DNA of 64,000 nt from an uncultured bacterium (GCA_963695095.1 CAVOFT010000001.1:1504001-1568000); one strand, 5' to 3'; counted from the first letter of the stretch, positions 50,521-61,184 are shown. The notes: generated by a model from the letters alone, not told the origin. Numbers and translations are program-made.

Positions 50521-51807
50521 ATGCGCCGTCGCCCGCTCGCCCTCCTGGCCGGTCTCGCCCTCGCAGCGGGCCTGGGCGACTGCGGCGCGCGCCGCGACGA
50601 AAACGTGATCACCTTCTGGCACGCCATGGGCCGCTGGTCGCCGGCCCTGACGGCGATGATCGAGGACTACAACGCCCTCCATCCCGAGCTGCCCGTGCGC
50701 GCCTACGACATGAGCCGCTACCAGGCCCTCAGCCAGAAGATCATCGCGGCGGTGGCGGCCGGCCAGCCGCCCACGATCACCCAGGCCTACGAGGCCTGGA
50801 CCGCCGAGATGATCGCGGCGGGCATCATCGAGTGCCTCGAGCCCTATGCCGCGGGCGAACGGGGCGCGTCGCCGCTGACGGCGGCGGACCTCGCCGATTT
50901 CCGCCCCGTCTTTCTCGATGAATGCCGCTACGAGGGCCGGCTCTGGTCCTTCCCCTTCAACAAGAGCGTGCGCACGCTCTTCTACAACCGCGACCTCTTC
51001 GCGGCCGTGGGCCTGGATCCGGAGCGGCCGCCGGCGACCTGGGAGGAGTGGCGCGACGACAGCGCCCTGCTCACGGCGGATCTCGACGGCGACGGCCGCC
51101 CCGACCGCTGGGGCACCACTGCGCGCGCCTCGGTCACCATCTTCGGCAGCCTGCTGCTGGCCAACGGCGGCGACTTCTTCGCTCCCGACGGCAAACGCTG
51201 CACGATCGCCGAACCCGAGGGCGTCGAAGCCCTGGAGTTCATGGCCGAGCTGCTGGGCACCCGGCGCCTGGGTTACGCCACCTTCGACTACGCCTATCAG
51301 AACGAGTTCAAGGCCGGCCGCGTCGGCATCATGGAGGGCTCGAGCGTCTCGCTCTCCTTCTTGCGTGGCGCGATCGACTTTTCGCTCGGCGTGGCGCCTC
51401 TGCCGGGGCGCAAGCGGCAGGCCGCGCTCATCCAGGGTACGAACCTGGTGGTCTTCGCCAAGGCCAGCGAGGCACAGAAGCGCGGCGCCTGGCAGTTCAT
51501 CCGCTTCCTCACCGATACGGCGAATGCGACGCGCTGGTCCCTGGCCAGCGGTTACGCGCCCCTGCGCAAGAGCTGCCTCGAGCAGCCCGAGATGCAGGAG
51601 CTGCTGGCGGCGACGCCCGGGCTGGCGGCCACCTACGCCCAGCTCGACCACGCCTTCAACGAACCGCGCAACGCGGCCTGGTTCGCCGGGCGCAAGTACC
51701 TGGAGGAGGGAGCGATCCAGCAGGTGATGCGCGGCACCGCGAGCCCCGGCGACGCGCTGCGCCACACCGCGCGCAAGATCGACGCCGAGATCGCCGCCGA
51801 GTTCTGA
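50521..51807 (+). CDS. ABC transporter solute-binding lipoprotein (family 1, UgpB-like)
   Basis: Lipoprotein-like signal; ITFWHAM, PFNKS..LFYNRDLF, PPATWEE, AWQFIRFL. Confidence 0.88.
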   Translation: MRRRPLALLAGLALAAGLGDCGARRDENVITFWHAMGRWSPALTAMIEDYNALHPELPVRAYDMSRYQALSQKIIAAVAAGQPPTITQAYEAWTAEMIAAGIIECLEPYAAGERGASPLTAADLADFRPVFLDECRYEGRLWSFPFNKSVRTLFYNRDLFAAVGLDPERPPATWEEWRDDSALLTADLDGDGRPDRWGTTARASVTIFGSLLLANGGDFFAPDGKRCTIAEPEGVEALEFMAELLGTRRLGYATFDYAYQNEFKAGRVGIMEGSSVSLSFLRGAIDFSLGVAPLPGRKRQAALIQGTNLVVFAKASEAQKRGAWQFIRFLTDTANATRWSLASGYAPLRKSCLEQPEMQELLAATPGLAATYAQLDHAFNEPRNAAWFAGRKYLEEGAIQQVMRGTASPGDALRHTARKIDAEIAAEF

Positions 51808-51898
51808 GCCCCTGAGCCAGCTGTTTACAGACGGGCGCGCAGGCGCTACAAGAGGAGCTTCGAGCCGGCCCTGCGCCGGCCATGCCAAGGAGAGCAGA

Positions 51899-52273
51899 AT
51901 GAGCAAGCAGGAGTGGGATCGCCGCAGCTTCTTGAAGCAGCTGGGCCTCGCGGCCGGCTTCGGTCTCGGCGCGCAGGTCCTGGCGGGCTGCGGCGCCAAG
52001 CAGCAGGATCCCTGCAGCGACATCAGCGGGCTCAGTGCCCAGGATCGGCAGACCCGCATCACCTATGGCTACCGCAGCGAGACGCTCATCGAGGCGAAGC
52101 GCTGCGACAACTGCGCTTTCTGGGTAGCAGCGACCGCCGGACCCTGCGGCAGCTGCACCCTGGTCAAGGGGCCGATCGCGGCCGCCGGCTACTGCAACAG
52201 CTGGGCGGCGCCGGTGCCCGCGGGCGAAGCCGCGCCGGTGGACAGCAGCGCAGGGTCGGTGGAGCAGAGCTAG
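51899..52273 (+). CDS. High-potential iron-sulfur protein (HiPIP), Tat-exported lipoprotein
   Basis: DRRSFLK Tat motif, LAG-C lipobox, CDNCAFW...CGSCTLVKGPIAAAGYCNSW. Confidence 0.82.
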   Translation: MSKQEWDRRSFLKQLGLAAGFGLGAQVLAGCGAKQQDPCSDISGLSAQDRQTRITYGYRSETLIEAKRCDNCAFWVAATAGPCGSCTLVKGPIAAAGYCNSWAAPVPAGEAAPVDSSAGSVEQS

Positions 52274-52420
52274 CGCGGAGTCGGGAACCCCCCGGCGGAC
52301 GCTGCGTTCGACGGGACCTTGCCCATCTCCCTGCCGCGAAGGTCGACCCCGCGGACCGACGCTGCGTCTGGCGTCCAGCCGGCGCCATGACCGCAGCGGC
52401 GGCTTGCGCAAGGAGTAGCG

Positions 52421-53665
<1,245 letters not shown>

Positions 53666-53681
53666 AGCCGCGACGGAAAGG

Positions 53682-54701
53682 ATGACGATGACGCTACTTC
53701 GCGGCGGCCTGCCCGCCCTCCTGGCCCTGCTCTTGCCCGCCGTCGCCGCCGCGGCGCCGCGCCTGGCGCTGTCGGTGAGCAGCATCGACTTCGGCCGCAT
53801 GCCCCAGCACCAGCTCTTCACGCGCGAGGTCCTCATCAGCAATCGCGGCGACGCGGAGCTGTTCCTGAGCGAGGTCTACACCTCCTGCTCCTGCACCGAG
53901 CTGGTGCTGGCCGCCGAGCGCGTGCCGCCGGGCGGGCAGACCCGGCTCACCGTCAACTTCCACAGCCGCGACCTCTCGGGGGAGAACAACAAGACCATCG
54001 AGATCAGCTCGAACGACCCGGAACGGCCGCTGGTGGAGATCCCGGTGCTCGCCTTCGTGGCGGCGCCCATCCTCGTCGAGCCCGCCGATCGCAACCTCGA
54101 CTTCGGCAAGGTCCACCGCGGGGAGCTGCCGCGTCTGGAGGCGGCGATCCGCGTGGACGGCCGCCCCAGCCTGGGCCTCACCCTGGGCCCGGTCGATGCC
54201 AAGCGCTTCGAGGTCAAGCTGGAGCGCGGCGCCGGCGCCGATCGGCAGCGCCTCGTCGTCGGCCTCAAGGCGGACGCCATCGCGGGACCCTTTCGCCAGG
54301 TGCTGCGCCTGGCCACCGACGACCCGCGCATGCCCAGCCTGGACTTCACCCTGAGCGGCACGGTGCTGGGCGATCTCGAGACCGCGCCCGATCGCCTCAA
54401 CTTCCGCTACGTGACGCCGGGCCAGGCCCTGAGCAAGGAGATCCTCGTCAAGACCAAGTCGCCGGGCTTCGCCTTCCGCGTCACCGATGCCAAGGTCGAC
54501 CTGCCCGGCCTGGCCGTCCAGGTGCTCGCCGACGGTAGCGGCGGCGAGGCCAGGCTGCGCGTGACGGGCAAGGCCGTGGCGGCCGACGACTCGCTGGCCC
54601 TGGCCGGCCAGGGCCGCGTCAAGGGCGGCCTGCGCATCTTCACCAACCGGGCCGAGGAGCCTGAGCTGCTCGTGGACCTGCTCTACATCCTGCGCGAGTG
54701 A
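53682..54701 (+). CDS. DUF1573-domain secreted Ig-like repeat protein
   Basis: Signal peptide; IDFG..NRGDAEL..TSCSCT..PG..SNDP; further Ig-like repeats. Confidence 0.75.
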   Translation: MTMTLLRGGLPALLALLLPAVAAAAPRLALSVSSIDFGRMPQHQLFTREVLISNRGDAELFLSEVYTSCSCTELVLAAERVPPGGQTRLTVNFHSRDLSGENNKTIEISSNDPERPLVEIPVLAFVAAPILVEPADRNLDFGKVHRGELPRLEAAIRVDGRPSLGLTLGPVDAKRFEVKLERGAGADRQRLVVGLKADAIAGPFRQVLRLATDDPRMPSLDFTLSGTVLGDLETAPDRLNFRYVTPGQALSKEILVKTKSPGFAFRVTDAKVDLPGLAVQVLADGSGGEARLRVTGKAVAADDSLALAGQGRVKGGLRIFTNRAEEPELLVDLLYILRE

Positions 54702-54709
54702 GGGGAGCC

Positions 54710-55210
54710 ATGCGGCAAGGGGAAGTGGGGGGAGGCGACTGCCGTCGCCTGCTGGCCGAGGCGGGCCTCGTTCTGGCGATCGCCCTGGCGGCGGCGCTCG
54801 TCAGCTGGCTCTGGCGCACGCCGCGCCTGCCCCTGGCCGCCGAGCCGGCGGTCTACGAGTTCGAGCTGAAGCAGCCTCTCATCGCCGCGGCGACCGCGCT
54901 CGCGCACTACGAGGCGGGCAGTCACCTGTTCGTCGACACGCGCGCGGGGCTGGCCGCCGGAGCGGCCCGCATCCCCGGCGCCCTCAGCCTGCGCCCCGAG
55001 CAGTTCGCCGACGACCTGGCGGCCGTCATCGACTTCATGGCGCCCGAAGACCCGATCGTGCTCTACGGCGACCGCCTGCAGGCCACGGCGGCCGTGGCGG
55101 GACGGCTGGCCGAGCGCGGCTATCGCGAGCTCAGCCTGCTCGACGGCGGTCTGCCCGCCTGGACGGCGGCCGGCGGCCCGCTGAGCCGCAGCCGGGAGGA
55201 GGAGCGATGA
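54710..55210 (+). CDS. Membrane-anchored rhodanese-like protein lacking the active-site Cys
   Basis: N-terminal TM; FVDTR, RIPGA, IVLYG, LDGGLPAW. Confidence 0.75.
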   Translation: MRQGEVGGGDCRRLLAEAGLVLAIALAAALVSWLWRTPRLPLAAEPAVYEFELKQPLIAAATALAHYEAGSHLFVDTRAGLAAGAARIPGALSLRPEQFADDLAAVIDFMAPEDPIVLYGDRLQATAAVAGRLAERGYRELSLLDGGLPAWTAAGGPLSRSREEER

Positions 55211-55641
55211 GCCCCCTCGCCCGCCTCAGCGCCCGACTGCCGGGCTGGTCGCTCTGGCTCCTGGCCCTGGCCGTGGCCGCCACCTTCGTTGTCGCTTCCC
55301 TGGACAAGATCGCCAACCCCGGTGACTTCGCGCAGTCGATCTACCGCTACCGGCTGCTGCCCCTGGCCCTGCTCCACCCCTTCGCGCTCGCGCTGCCCTG
55401 GCTCGAGCTGGTGGCGGGCCTGGCCGTCCTGCTGCCGCCGCTGCGCCGCGGCGCGGCCCTGCTCGCCGCCCTGATGAGCCTCATGTTCGTGGGCGCCTTG
55501 ACGCTGGCGCTCCTGCGCGGGCTGGACATCGCCTGCGGCTGCTTCAACGCGAGTGGCGGCCACGGCGTCGACCTCGGTCTCATCGGCCGCGACATCCTCC
55601 TCTTCCTCGCCTGCCTGCCCCTCATCGCCCGTCGGCGCTAG
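55207..55641 (+). CDS. MauE/DoxX family membrane protein
   Basis: KIANPGDFA..IYRY, LPWLEL, RGLDIACGCF, RD. Confidence 0.85.
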   Translation: MSPLARLSARLPGWSLWLLALAVAATFVVASLDKIANPGDFAQSIYRYRLLPLALLHPFALALPWLELVAGLAVLLPPLRRGAALLAALMSLMFVGALTLALLRGLDIACGCFNASGGHGVDLGLIGRDILLFLACLPLIARRR

Positions 55642-55706
55642 CGCGGCACGGCCCTTGCCATCGCCGGGACGCCCCCTCCTCCCCGCTCCACGCCGAGGAG
55701 GCACGC

Positions 55707-56360
55707 GTGCACGATTCCCGCAAGACGGCGCGGCTGGCTAGCTTGCTGGCGCCGCTGGTTCTGATTCTCTCCCTGCCGGTGGGCAGCTTCGCTCAGGTGC
55801 TGCTCAACGAGGTGCTCGCCGATCCGATCACCGATTGGTCCGGCGACGGCATCATCGACTTCAAGAACGACGAATGGATCGAGATCGCCAACGGGGGCGC
55901 CGCTCCCGTGGATCTGGCCGCCTACTGGCTCTCCGACTCGGGCGCGGACCCGGCGGTGCGCTATCGCTTCAGTGGCAGTCTGGCGCCGGGGGCGGCCCTG
56001 GCCGTCACGGGCGCCATGGCCGTGGCCTGGCAGGCGGAGACCGGAAACGGCAGCGCCGGCCTGAGTCTGAACAACTCGGGCGGCGAGGTGGCCCTCTATC
56101 GCGACGAGGGCGGCGAGGCCGTGCAGGTGGACCTGGTCGCCTACACCAGCTACCAGATGGACGACGATCGCAGCCTCGGCCGCTTTCCCAGCGGCACCGG
56201 GGAGTGGATCCTCTTCGACGGTCTCAACCTCTACCACGGCAACCAGGAGCCGGGCTCGACCGGCTGCCTGCCCACCCTCGGCCAGGCGAACGTCTGTGCG
56301 CAGGTGCCGGTGGGCGAGGCGTCCATCGGGCAGGTCAAGCAGCGCTACGGCGACAAGTAG
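55707..56360 (+). CDS. Secreted lamin tail domain (LTD) protein
   Basis: Signal peptide; LLNEVLADP, DEWIEIAN, VDLAAYWLSD, LNNSGG, SLGR, PTLG..N. Confidence 0.8.
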   Translation: MHDSRKTARLASLLAPLVLILSLPVGSFAQVLLNEVLADPITDWSGDGIIDFKNDEWIEIANGGAAPVDLAAYWLSDSGADPAVRYRFSGSLAPGAALAVTGAMAVAWQAETGNGSAGLSLNNSGGEVALYRDEGGEAVQVDLVAYTSYQMDDDRSLGRFPSGTGEWILFDGLNLYHGNQEPGSTGCLPTLGQANVCAQVPVGEASIGQVKQRYGDK

Positions 56361-56458
56361 CGGAGCCGAGGCGGGAGGGCCGGGCGCGGGCCCGCCCTCC
56401 CGTCGCCGGTGGACCGCCTCCGGGGCCTGTGCTAGAGTCGCCGGCGGGAGGCGCCATC

Positions 56459-58168
56459 GTGACGAGTCGCCAGGTCTGCTGGGATCTCTTCCGCTGCCGG
56501 GACCGCAGCTGCCCCGTCTATGGCGATCACATCGTCGGCAGCCCGGCCCTGATGCGCGTGGACGAGGCCGAGGTGCTCGCCTGGCGCAGCGGGCAGCTCG
56601 GGCCCGTCGAGGCGCTGAGCTGCCAGTACTTCCGGCGCCTGCGCGAGCGGGGCCGGGGCCGCCGCTCCGTCGATCGCAACCTGGATCTGTTCCTGGAGCG
56701 CTCGCTCCGCCGCGCGGCCAGTTTCCAGCGGCGATTGGCCCTCTACGAGAGCGGCGGGGAGAGCGCCCACCTGGACGAGCTCAGCCTGCTCGGGCAGTTC
56801 AGCCAGCTCATTCCCAATCTCGGCTCCATTCGCGAGGTCTGCTTCGCCCTGCTCACGGTGGTGACGGCCGGCCAGGGCCTGGGCTTCAACCGCGCGATGA
56901 TGTTCTGGAAGGACCCGGAAGAGGAGCGCATCAAGGGCCACTGCGCCATCGGCCCGGGCGACGACAAGGAAGCCGACCGCATCTGGCGCGAGCTGGCCGA
57001 GCAAGAGCCCTGGCTGGACCTGCGCGAGCTGGTGCGCCGCGGCCTGGCCGGCACGCCGGAGGAGGCGCCGCTCGCGCGGCGCCTGCGGGGCCTCAGCCTC
57101 GCGGCGCAGGAGCCGGCGAGCCGTTTCAGCCGCGCGCTCTGGGAGTTGCAGGAGCTGCATGGGGAACAGCTCGAGCACGCGGCCGATCGCGGCCTCGTCG
57201 CCGCGCTGGATCTGCAGCACTTCGTCACCCTGCCCCTGGTGCGCGCCGAGCGCAGCCTGGGCTTCCTGCTCGTCGACAATCGCTACTCGGGCGTCAGCCT
57301 GGCGCCCGAGCGCATCGACGTGCTGCAGGTGTTGGTGCGCTTCGCCACGGGCATCCTCGAGAACCTGCTGCTGCGCGAGTCGCTGGAGCGCAGCCTGGCG
57401 CGCAGCCAGGCCAGCGCCGAGGTGCTGGCCGAGATCCGCCGCCGCATCAGCCGCGCCGAAAAGCTGGCGGCCAGCGGCGAGCTGTCGGCGGCGGTGGCTC
57501 ACGAGATCCGCAATCCGCTCACCGCCATCGGCGGCTTCAGCCGCCGCCTGCTCAGGAGCGCCAGCCTGGCGGCCGAGGACCGGCGAACGGTGCAGGTGAT
57601 CGCCGAGGAGGCCCTGCGCCTGGAGGAGACCCTGGGCCGCCTCCTGCACAGCGCGCAGCGGGAAGAGCTGCAGGTGCATCCGGTGGATCTCAACGCCCTC
57701 GTGCGCGACATCGAGAGCCTCCTGCGCGACCGCGTCGCCGAGGCCGGCATTCGCCTCCGCAGCGAGCTGGCGGCCGATCTGCCCCGGCTCACCCTGGACG
57801 AGCGGCGCATCAAGCAGGTGCTGCTGAACCTGGTGCAGAACGCCATCGAGGCCATCGAGGACAAGGGCGAGATCCGCCTGGAGACGGAGCGCGAGGACGA
57901 CTGGCTGCTCCTGCATGTCGTCGACAACGGCTGCGGCATGAGCGCCGAGCAGCAGAAGCGCATCTTCCGCGCCTTCTATTCCACGAAGGACGAGGGCACC
58001 GGCCTGGGACTCGCCCTTTCCCAGCGCTACGTGCGCCAGCACGGCGGCGAACTGACGGTGGAGAGCGCGCCCGGTGCCGGCACGCGCTTCTCGATCCGCC
58101 TGCCCCTGCGCGCGGGCGTGTCCGTTGCGGCGTCGCTGCTCCTCGAACGCGAGGAGTACCCGGGATGA
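56459..58168 (+). CDS. Cytoplasmic sensor histidine kinase with Cys-rich N-terminus and GAF domain
   Basis: CWDLFRCRDRSCPVY; GLGFNRA GAF; AHEIRNPL; QVLLNLVQNA, DNGCGM, FYSTK, GTGLGL. Confidence 0.9.
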   Translation: MTSRQVCWDLFRCRDRSCPVYGDHIVGSPALMRVDEAEVLAWRSGQLGPVEALSCQYFRRLRERGRGRRSVDRNLDLFLERSLRRAASFQRRLALYESGGESAHLDELSLLGQFSQLIPNLGSIREVCFALLTVVTAGQGLGFNRAMMFWKDPEEERIKGHCAIGPGDDKEADRIWRELAEQEPWLDLRELVRRGLAGTPEEAPLARRLRGLSLAAQEPASRFSRALWELQELHGEQLEHAADRGLVAALDLQHFVTLPLVRAERSLGFLLVDNRYSGVSLAPERIDVLQVLVRFATGILENLLLRESLERSLARSQASAEVLAEIRRRISRAEKLAASGELSAAVAHEIRNPLTAIGGFSRRLLRSASLAAEDRRTVQVIAEEALRLEETLGRLLHSAQREELQVHPVDLNALVRDIESLLRDRVAEAGIRLRSELAADLPRLTLDERRIKQVLLNLVQNAIEAIEDKGEIRLETEREDDWLLLHVVDNGCGMSAEQQKRIFRAFYSTKDEGTGLGLALSQRYVRQHGGELTVESAPGAGTRFSIRLPLRAGVSVAASLLLEREEYPG

Positions 58169-59149
58169 CCCCAGAGCTCGAGGCCCGCTGCGCCGCCGCT
58201 CGGGCGGGGGACCGCCGCGCACTGGCCCGCCTGATCTCGCTCGTCGAGGACGAGGCGCCCGCCGCCGCGGCGCTGAACGACTGGGCGCTGGCGGCCGGCG
58301 GGGGCGGCTACCGCATCGGCGTGACGGGGCCGCCGGGCGCGGGCAAGAGCAGCCTGCTGGACGGGCTCCTGCGCCGCTACCGCGCGCAGGGTCTGAAGCT
58401 CGCCGCCCTGGCCGTGGACCCCAGCAGCGCCTTCACGGGCGGCGCCCTGCTCGGCGACCGCATCCGCATGCACGAGGCGGCGCGGGACCCGGAGATCTTC
58501 ATCCGCAGCCTGGGCAGCCGCGGCTCGCTCGGCGGGCTGGCCCGCCAGACCGAGGCGGTGGCCGACCTGCTCGACGCCTGCGGCGCCGAGCGCATCTTCA
58601 TCGAGACGCTCGGCGTCGGCCAGAGCGAGCTGGACATCGTCGAGAACTGCTTCACGACGGTGGTGGTGCTCACCCCCGAGAGCGGCGACGGCATCCAGAC
58701 GATGAAGGCCGGCCTCATGGAGATCGGCGATCTCTTCGTGATCAACAAGGCCGACCGCGAGGGCGCCCCCGCCCTGGCCATGGAGCTGGAGGCCAGCCTG
58801 ATGCGCCGCGGGGAACCGTGGACGGGTTGGCGACCGCCCGTGCTCCAGTGCGTGGCGACGCAGGACCGCGGGCTCGACGAGCTGGTTGCCGCTATCGAGC
58901 AGCACTGCGACTTCCTCACCCGCGAGGGCCGCCTCGACGCTGCGCCGGCGCGCGCAGCTCGCCCGCCGCCTGCGCGCGGCCGTGGAGGCGCGCGTGAGCG
59001 CGGCGCTCTGGACGGCCGAGCGCGAGCGCGCGCTCGAGATGGGGGTCGCGCTCGTCATGGAGGGCCGCATCGGCTTCGCGGCGCAGGTGGCGGCGCTGAC
59101 GCCGGCCGACCTCGCGGCGCTCGCTGCGCCGCCAGACGGGCAGCCCTGA
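58165..59149 (+). CDS. meaB: MeaB/ArgK family GTPase, apparent frameshift near 58940
   Basis: GVTGPPGAGKS, VDPSS..GGALLGDRIRM, IETLGVGQSE, KAGLMEIGD..VINKAD. Confidence 0.9.
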
Positions 59150-59222
59150 GCGCCGCTACGGGCGCGGGTCACGCAGCGTCATCTGATCCTCTCGCAGCCG
59201 CCACCGCCCCCGCGGGAGTCCC

Positions 59223-60663
59223 TTGCCCGCGTTCCCTGCCGGCCAGGTCCACCCTTTCGAGCCGGGGATCTATCGCCCCCGGCGGCCTGAGCAGAGCCTT
59301 CTGCATCGGCTGGTGCGCGAGCATCTGGAGACCTTCCTGGACCTGGCGCGGCGGGCCGACGCCGAGATCGATCCGGTTCCCGCCTTCGTCCAGCGCAGCT
59401 TTCGCAAGGTCCTCGAGTGCGGCGTCCTGGCGCACGGCTTCGCCCGTGTTCGCTGCGGCCGCTGCGGGCACGACTTTCTCGTGGCCTTCTCCTGCCGAAC
59501 GCGGGGTCTCTGCCCGAGCTGCGACACGCGCCGGATGGTCGAGACCGCGGCGGCCCTGATCGATCAGGTGCTGCCGCGCGTGCCGATTCGCCAGTGGGTG
59601 CTCTCCCTGCCCAAGCGGGTGCGCTGGTTTCTGCGCCACCGGCCCGAGACGCTGAGCCCGGTGCTCGGCATCTTCCTGCGGGCGGTCGAGACGGCGGTGC
59701 GCCAGGCCAGCCCAGAGGCGCCGGCCGGTGCCCGCTTCGGGGCGGTGGCCTTCGTCCATCACTTCGGCGCCGCGCTGAACGGCCACACCCACTTCCACTG
59801 CCTGATCACCGATGGCCTCTTCGCCGCGACACCCACAGGCGAGGCGGTCTTCTACGCGGCCGGGCCAGCGGATGTCGGCCGGGTGCAAGCGCAGGTGCGC
59901 CGGCGCGTGCTGCGCTGGCTGGCCCGCCACGGCTACCTGGAGCCGGAGGCCGTCGGCCACGATGCTCGCCTGGCGCCACAGCGGCGGCTTCTCGGTGGAC
60001 GCCTCGGTGCGCCTGGCGGCCTGGGATCGCCAGGGCCTGGAGCGCCTGGCGCGCTACTGCGCGCGGCCGAGCTTCAGCAGCGCGCGCCTGGATCGCCTGA
60101 ATGCCGAGACCGCTGGCCTACCGGCTCAGGAAGCCCCTCGCCGACGGGCGCACCTGCCTCTACCTCACGCCGCTGGAGCTGCTGGCGCGCCTGGCGGCGC
60201 TGATCCCGCCGCCCAGGCAGCATCGCACGCGCTACCACGGCGTGCTCGCTCCGCACGCGCGCCTGCGCTCGGCGGTGATCGCCACGGCGGGCCCGAGCGA
60301 GGCGCTGGCCTGCCAGCTGCGCACGGCCGCGGCGCGCATGGAGCTGGCGGGCGAAGCCGAGCCGCCGGCGCCGGAGCCGCCGCCAGTCCACGCGCACGGT
60401 GCGCTACGCCTGGGCGATGCTGCTGGCGCGCATCTACGAGGTGCTGCCCCTGGTCTGCCCGCGCTGCGGTGGCGCCATGCGGATCCTCGCCTTCGTGACG
60501 GAAGCGGCCGCGGTGCGGCGCATCCTCGAGCACGTGGGGGAGTCCGCGAGGCCCTCACCGCTGTCGCCCTCGCGGGCGCCGCCGTGGGCGGAGTTCGCAT
60601 GGGAGGGGGGAGGCGAGGACAGCGTCGACCAGCGGACGGCCTACACGCGACGAGCCCTGGTGA
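59223..60663 (+). CDS. IS91/ISCR-type HUH transposase, broken by at least 3 frameshifts (~59955, ~60110, ~60395); 3' end approximate
   Basis: Zn finger CG..GF..CxxC..VAFSCxxRGxCPSC; RQWVLS; HTHFHCLITDG; GFSVDA; ERLARYCARP; PLELLARL..PPPR.H..RYHG; WAMLLARIYEV.PLVCPRCGG. Confidence 0.88.
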
Positions 60664-60819
60664 CCGGCGCGCATCGCGCGCGGGGACGGAGTCTGCGCGC
60701 GGAGTGCCCGGCCGGGCGCAATTACCGGGGCCAGGGAAGTCGAGGGAAGCCTCCAGCTCAGGGCCACGCAGCCACTGACACCGCAGCGTGTCAGCGGCGC
60801 CCTCGAGGTGGCGCTCGCG

Positions 60820-60848
60820 TTGACAGGGGTGAGAGCCAAGCGCATGCT
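60820..60848 (+). promoter_or_regulatory. Outward-facing promoter inside the element's ori end
   Basis: TTGACA-N17-CATGCT, ~85 nt inside the oriIS-like end. Confidence 0.55.
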
Positions 60849-60892
60849 CGAAGCGGCTCGGAGAGGGCGAGCGGTCGATGAAGGCGAGCCAT

Positions 60893-60934
60893 GGCCAGGC
60901 GCGCGGCCCCAAAGCGGCTTTGAAATGCCTATCC
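60893..60934 (+). repeat. oriIS-like terminus, copy 1
   Basis: GGCCAGGCGCGCGGCCCCAAAGCGGCTTTGAAATGCCTATCC; resembles the TTGAA..CCTAT end of IS91/ISCR; similar copy at 61552. Confidence 0.75.
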
Positions 60935-60971
60935 GGGCGCTCGTGGTCGGCCCGCTGCATGCGCAACTGAG

Positions 60972-61184
60972 TTACGCTGGCACATCCACATAGGTCGAGT
61001 AGCTGCGCGGCGCGGGAACACGGCAGCCCTCCTCGCGCAGCCCCTCGAGATGAAACTCGATCGCCTCGCGCATCGCCTTCTCCACACCGCGACGGGTGGC
61101 ACCGGCGGCGACGCAGCCGGGGCGATCCGGCGAGTAGGCCGAGAACCCGCGCTCTGCCTTTTCGATGACGATCAGGAATCGCAT
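60972..61184 (-). CDS. hicB: HicB family antitoxin (short, no obvious DNA-binding domain)
   Basis: IVIEK..GFSAYSPD.PGCVAAGAT..MREAIEFHLEG..VPAP. Confidence 0.9.
   Translation of the reverse strand: MRFLIVIEKAERGFSAYSPDRPGCVAAGATRRGVEKAMREAIEFHLEGLREEGCRVPAPRSYSTYVDVPA

Larger units (their letters stand above)
59223..60934 (+). mobile_element. IS91-family/ISCR-like rolling-circle element; left end (terIS) not defined
   Basis: HUH transposase followed by oriIS-like GGCTTTGAAATGCCTATCC ending at 60934. Confidence 0.82.

Noticed and set aside
53870..53900. Possible selenocysteine in the DUF1573 CxC motif
   Set aside because: Both positions are TGC codons; no in-frame TGA.
56296..59559. 1087-aa ORF suggesting a large MeaB fusion
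   Set aside because: Only 58165 to ~58940 is MeaB; the rest is an Arg/Ala/Gly-rich off-frame reading of the kinase and transposase.
60945..60978. attC-like half site (GCTGCATGCGCAACTGAGTTACGC) at the end of hicB
   Set aside because: Only one arm, imperfect GTTRRRY and atypical spacing; no partner arm or integron integrase in the window. Cannot be fully excluded as a truncated attC.
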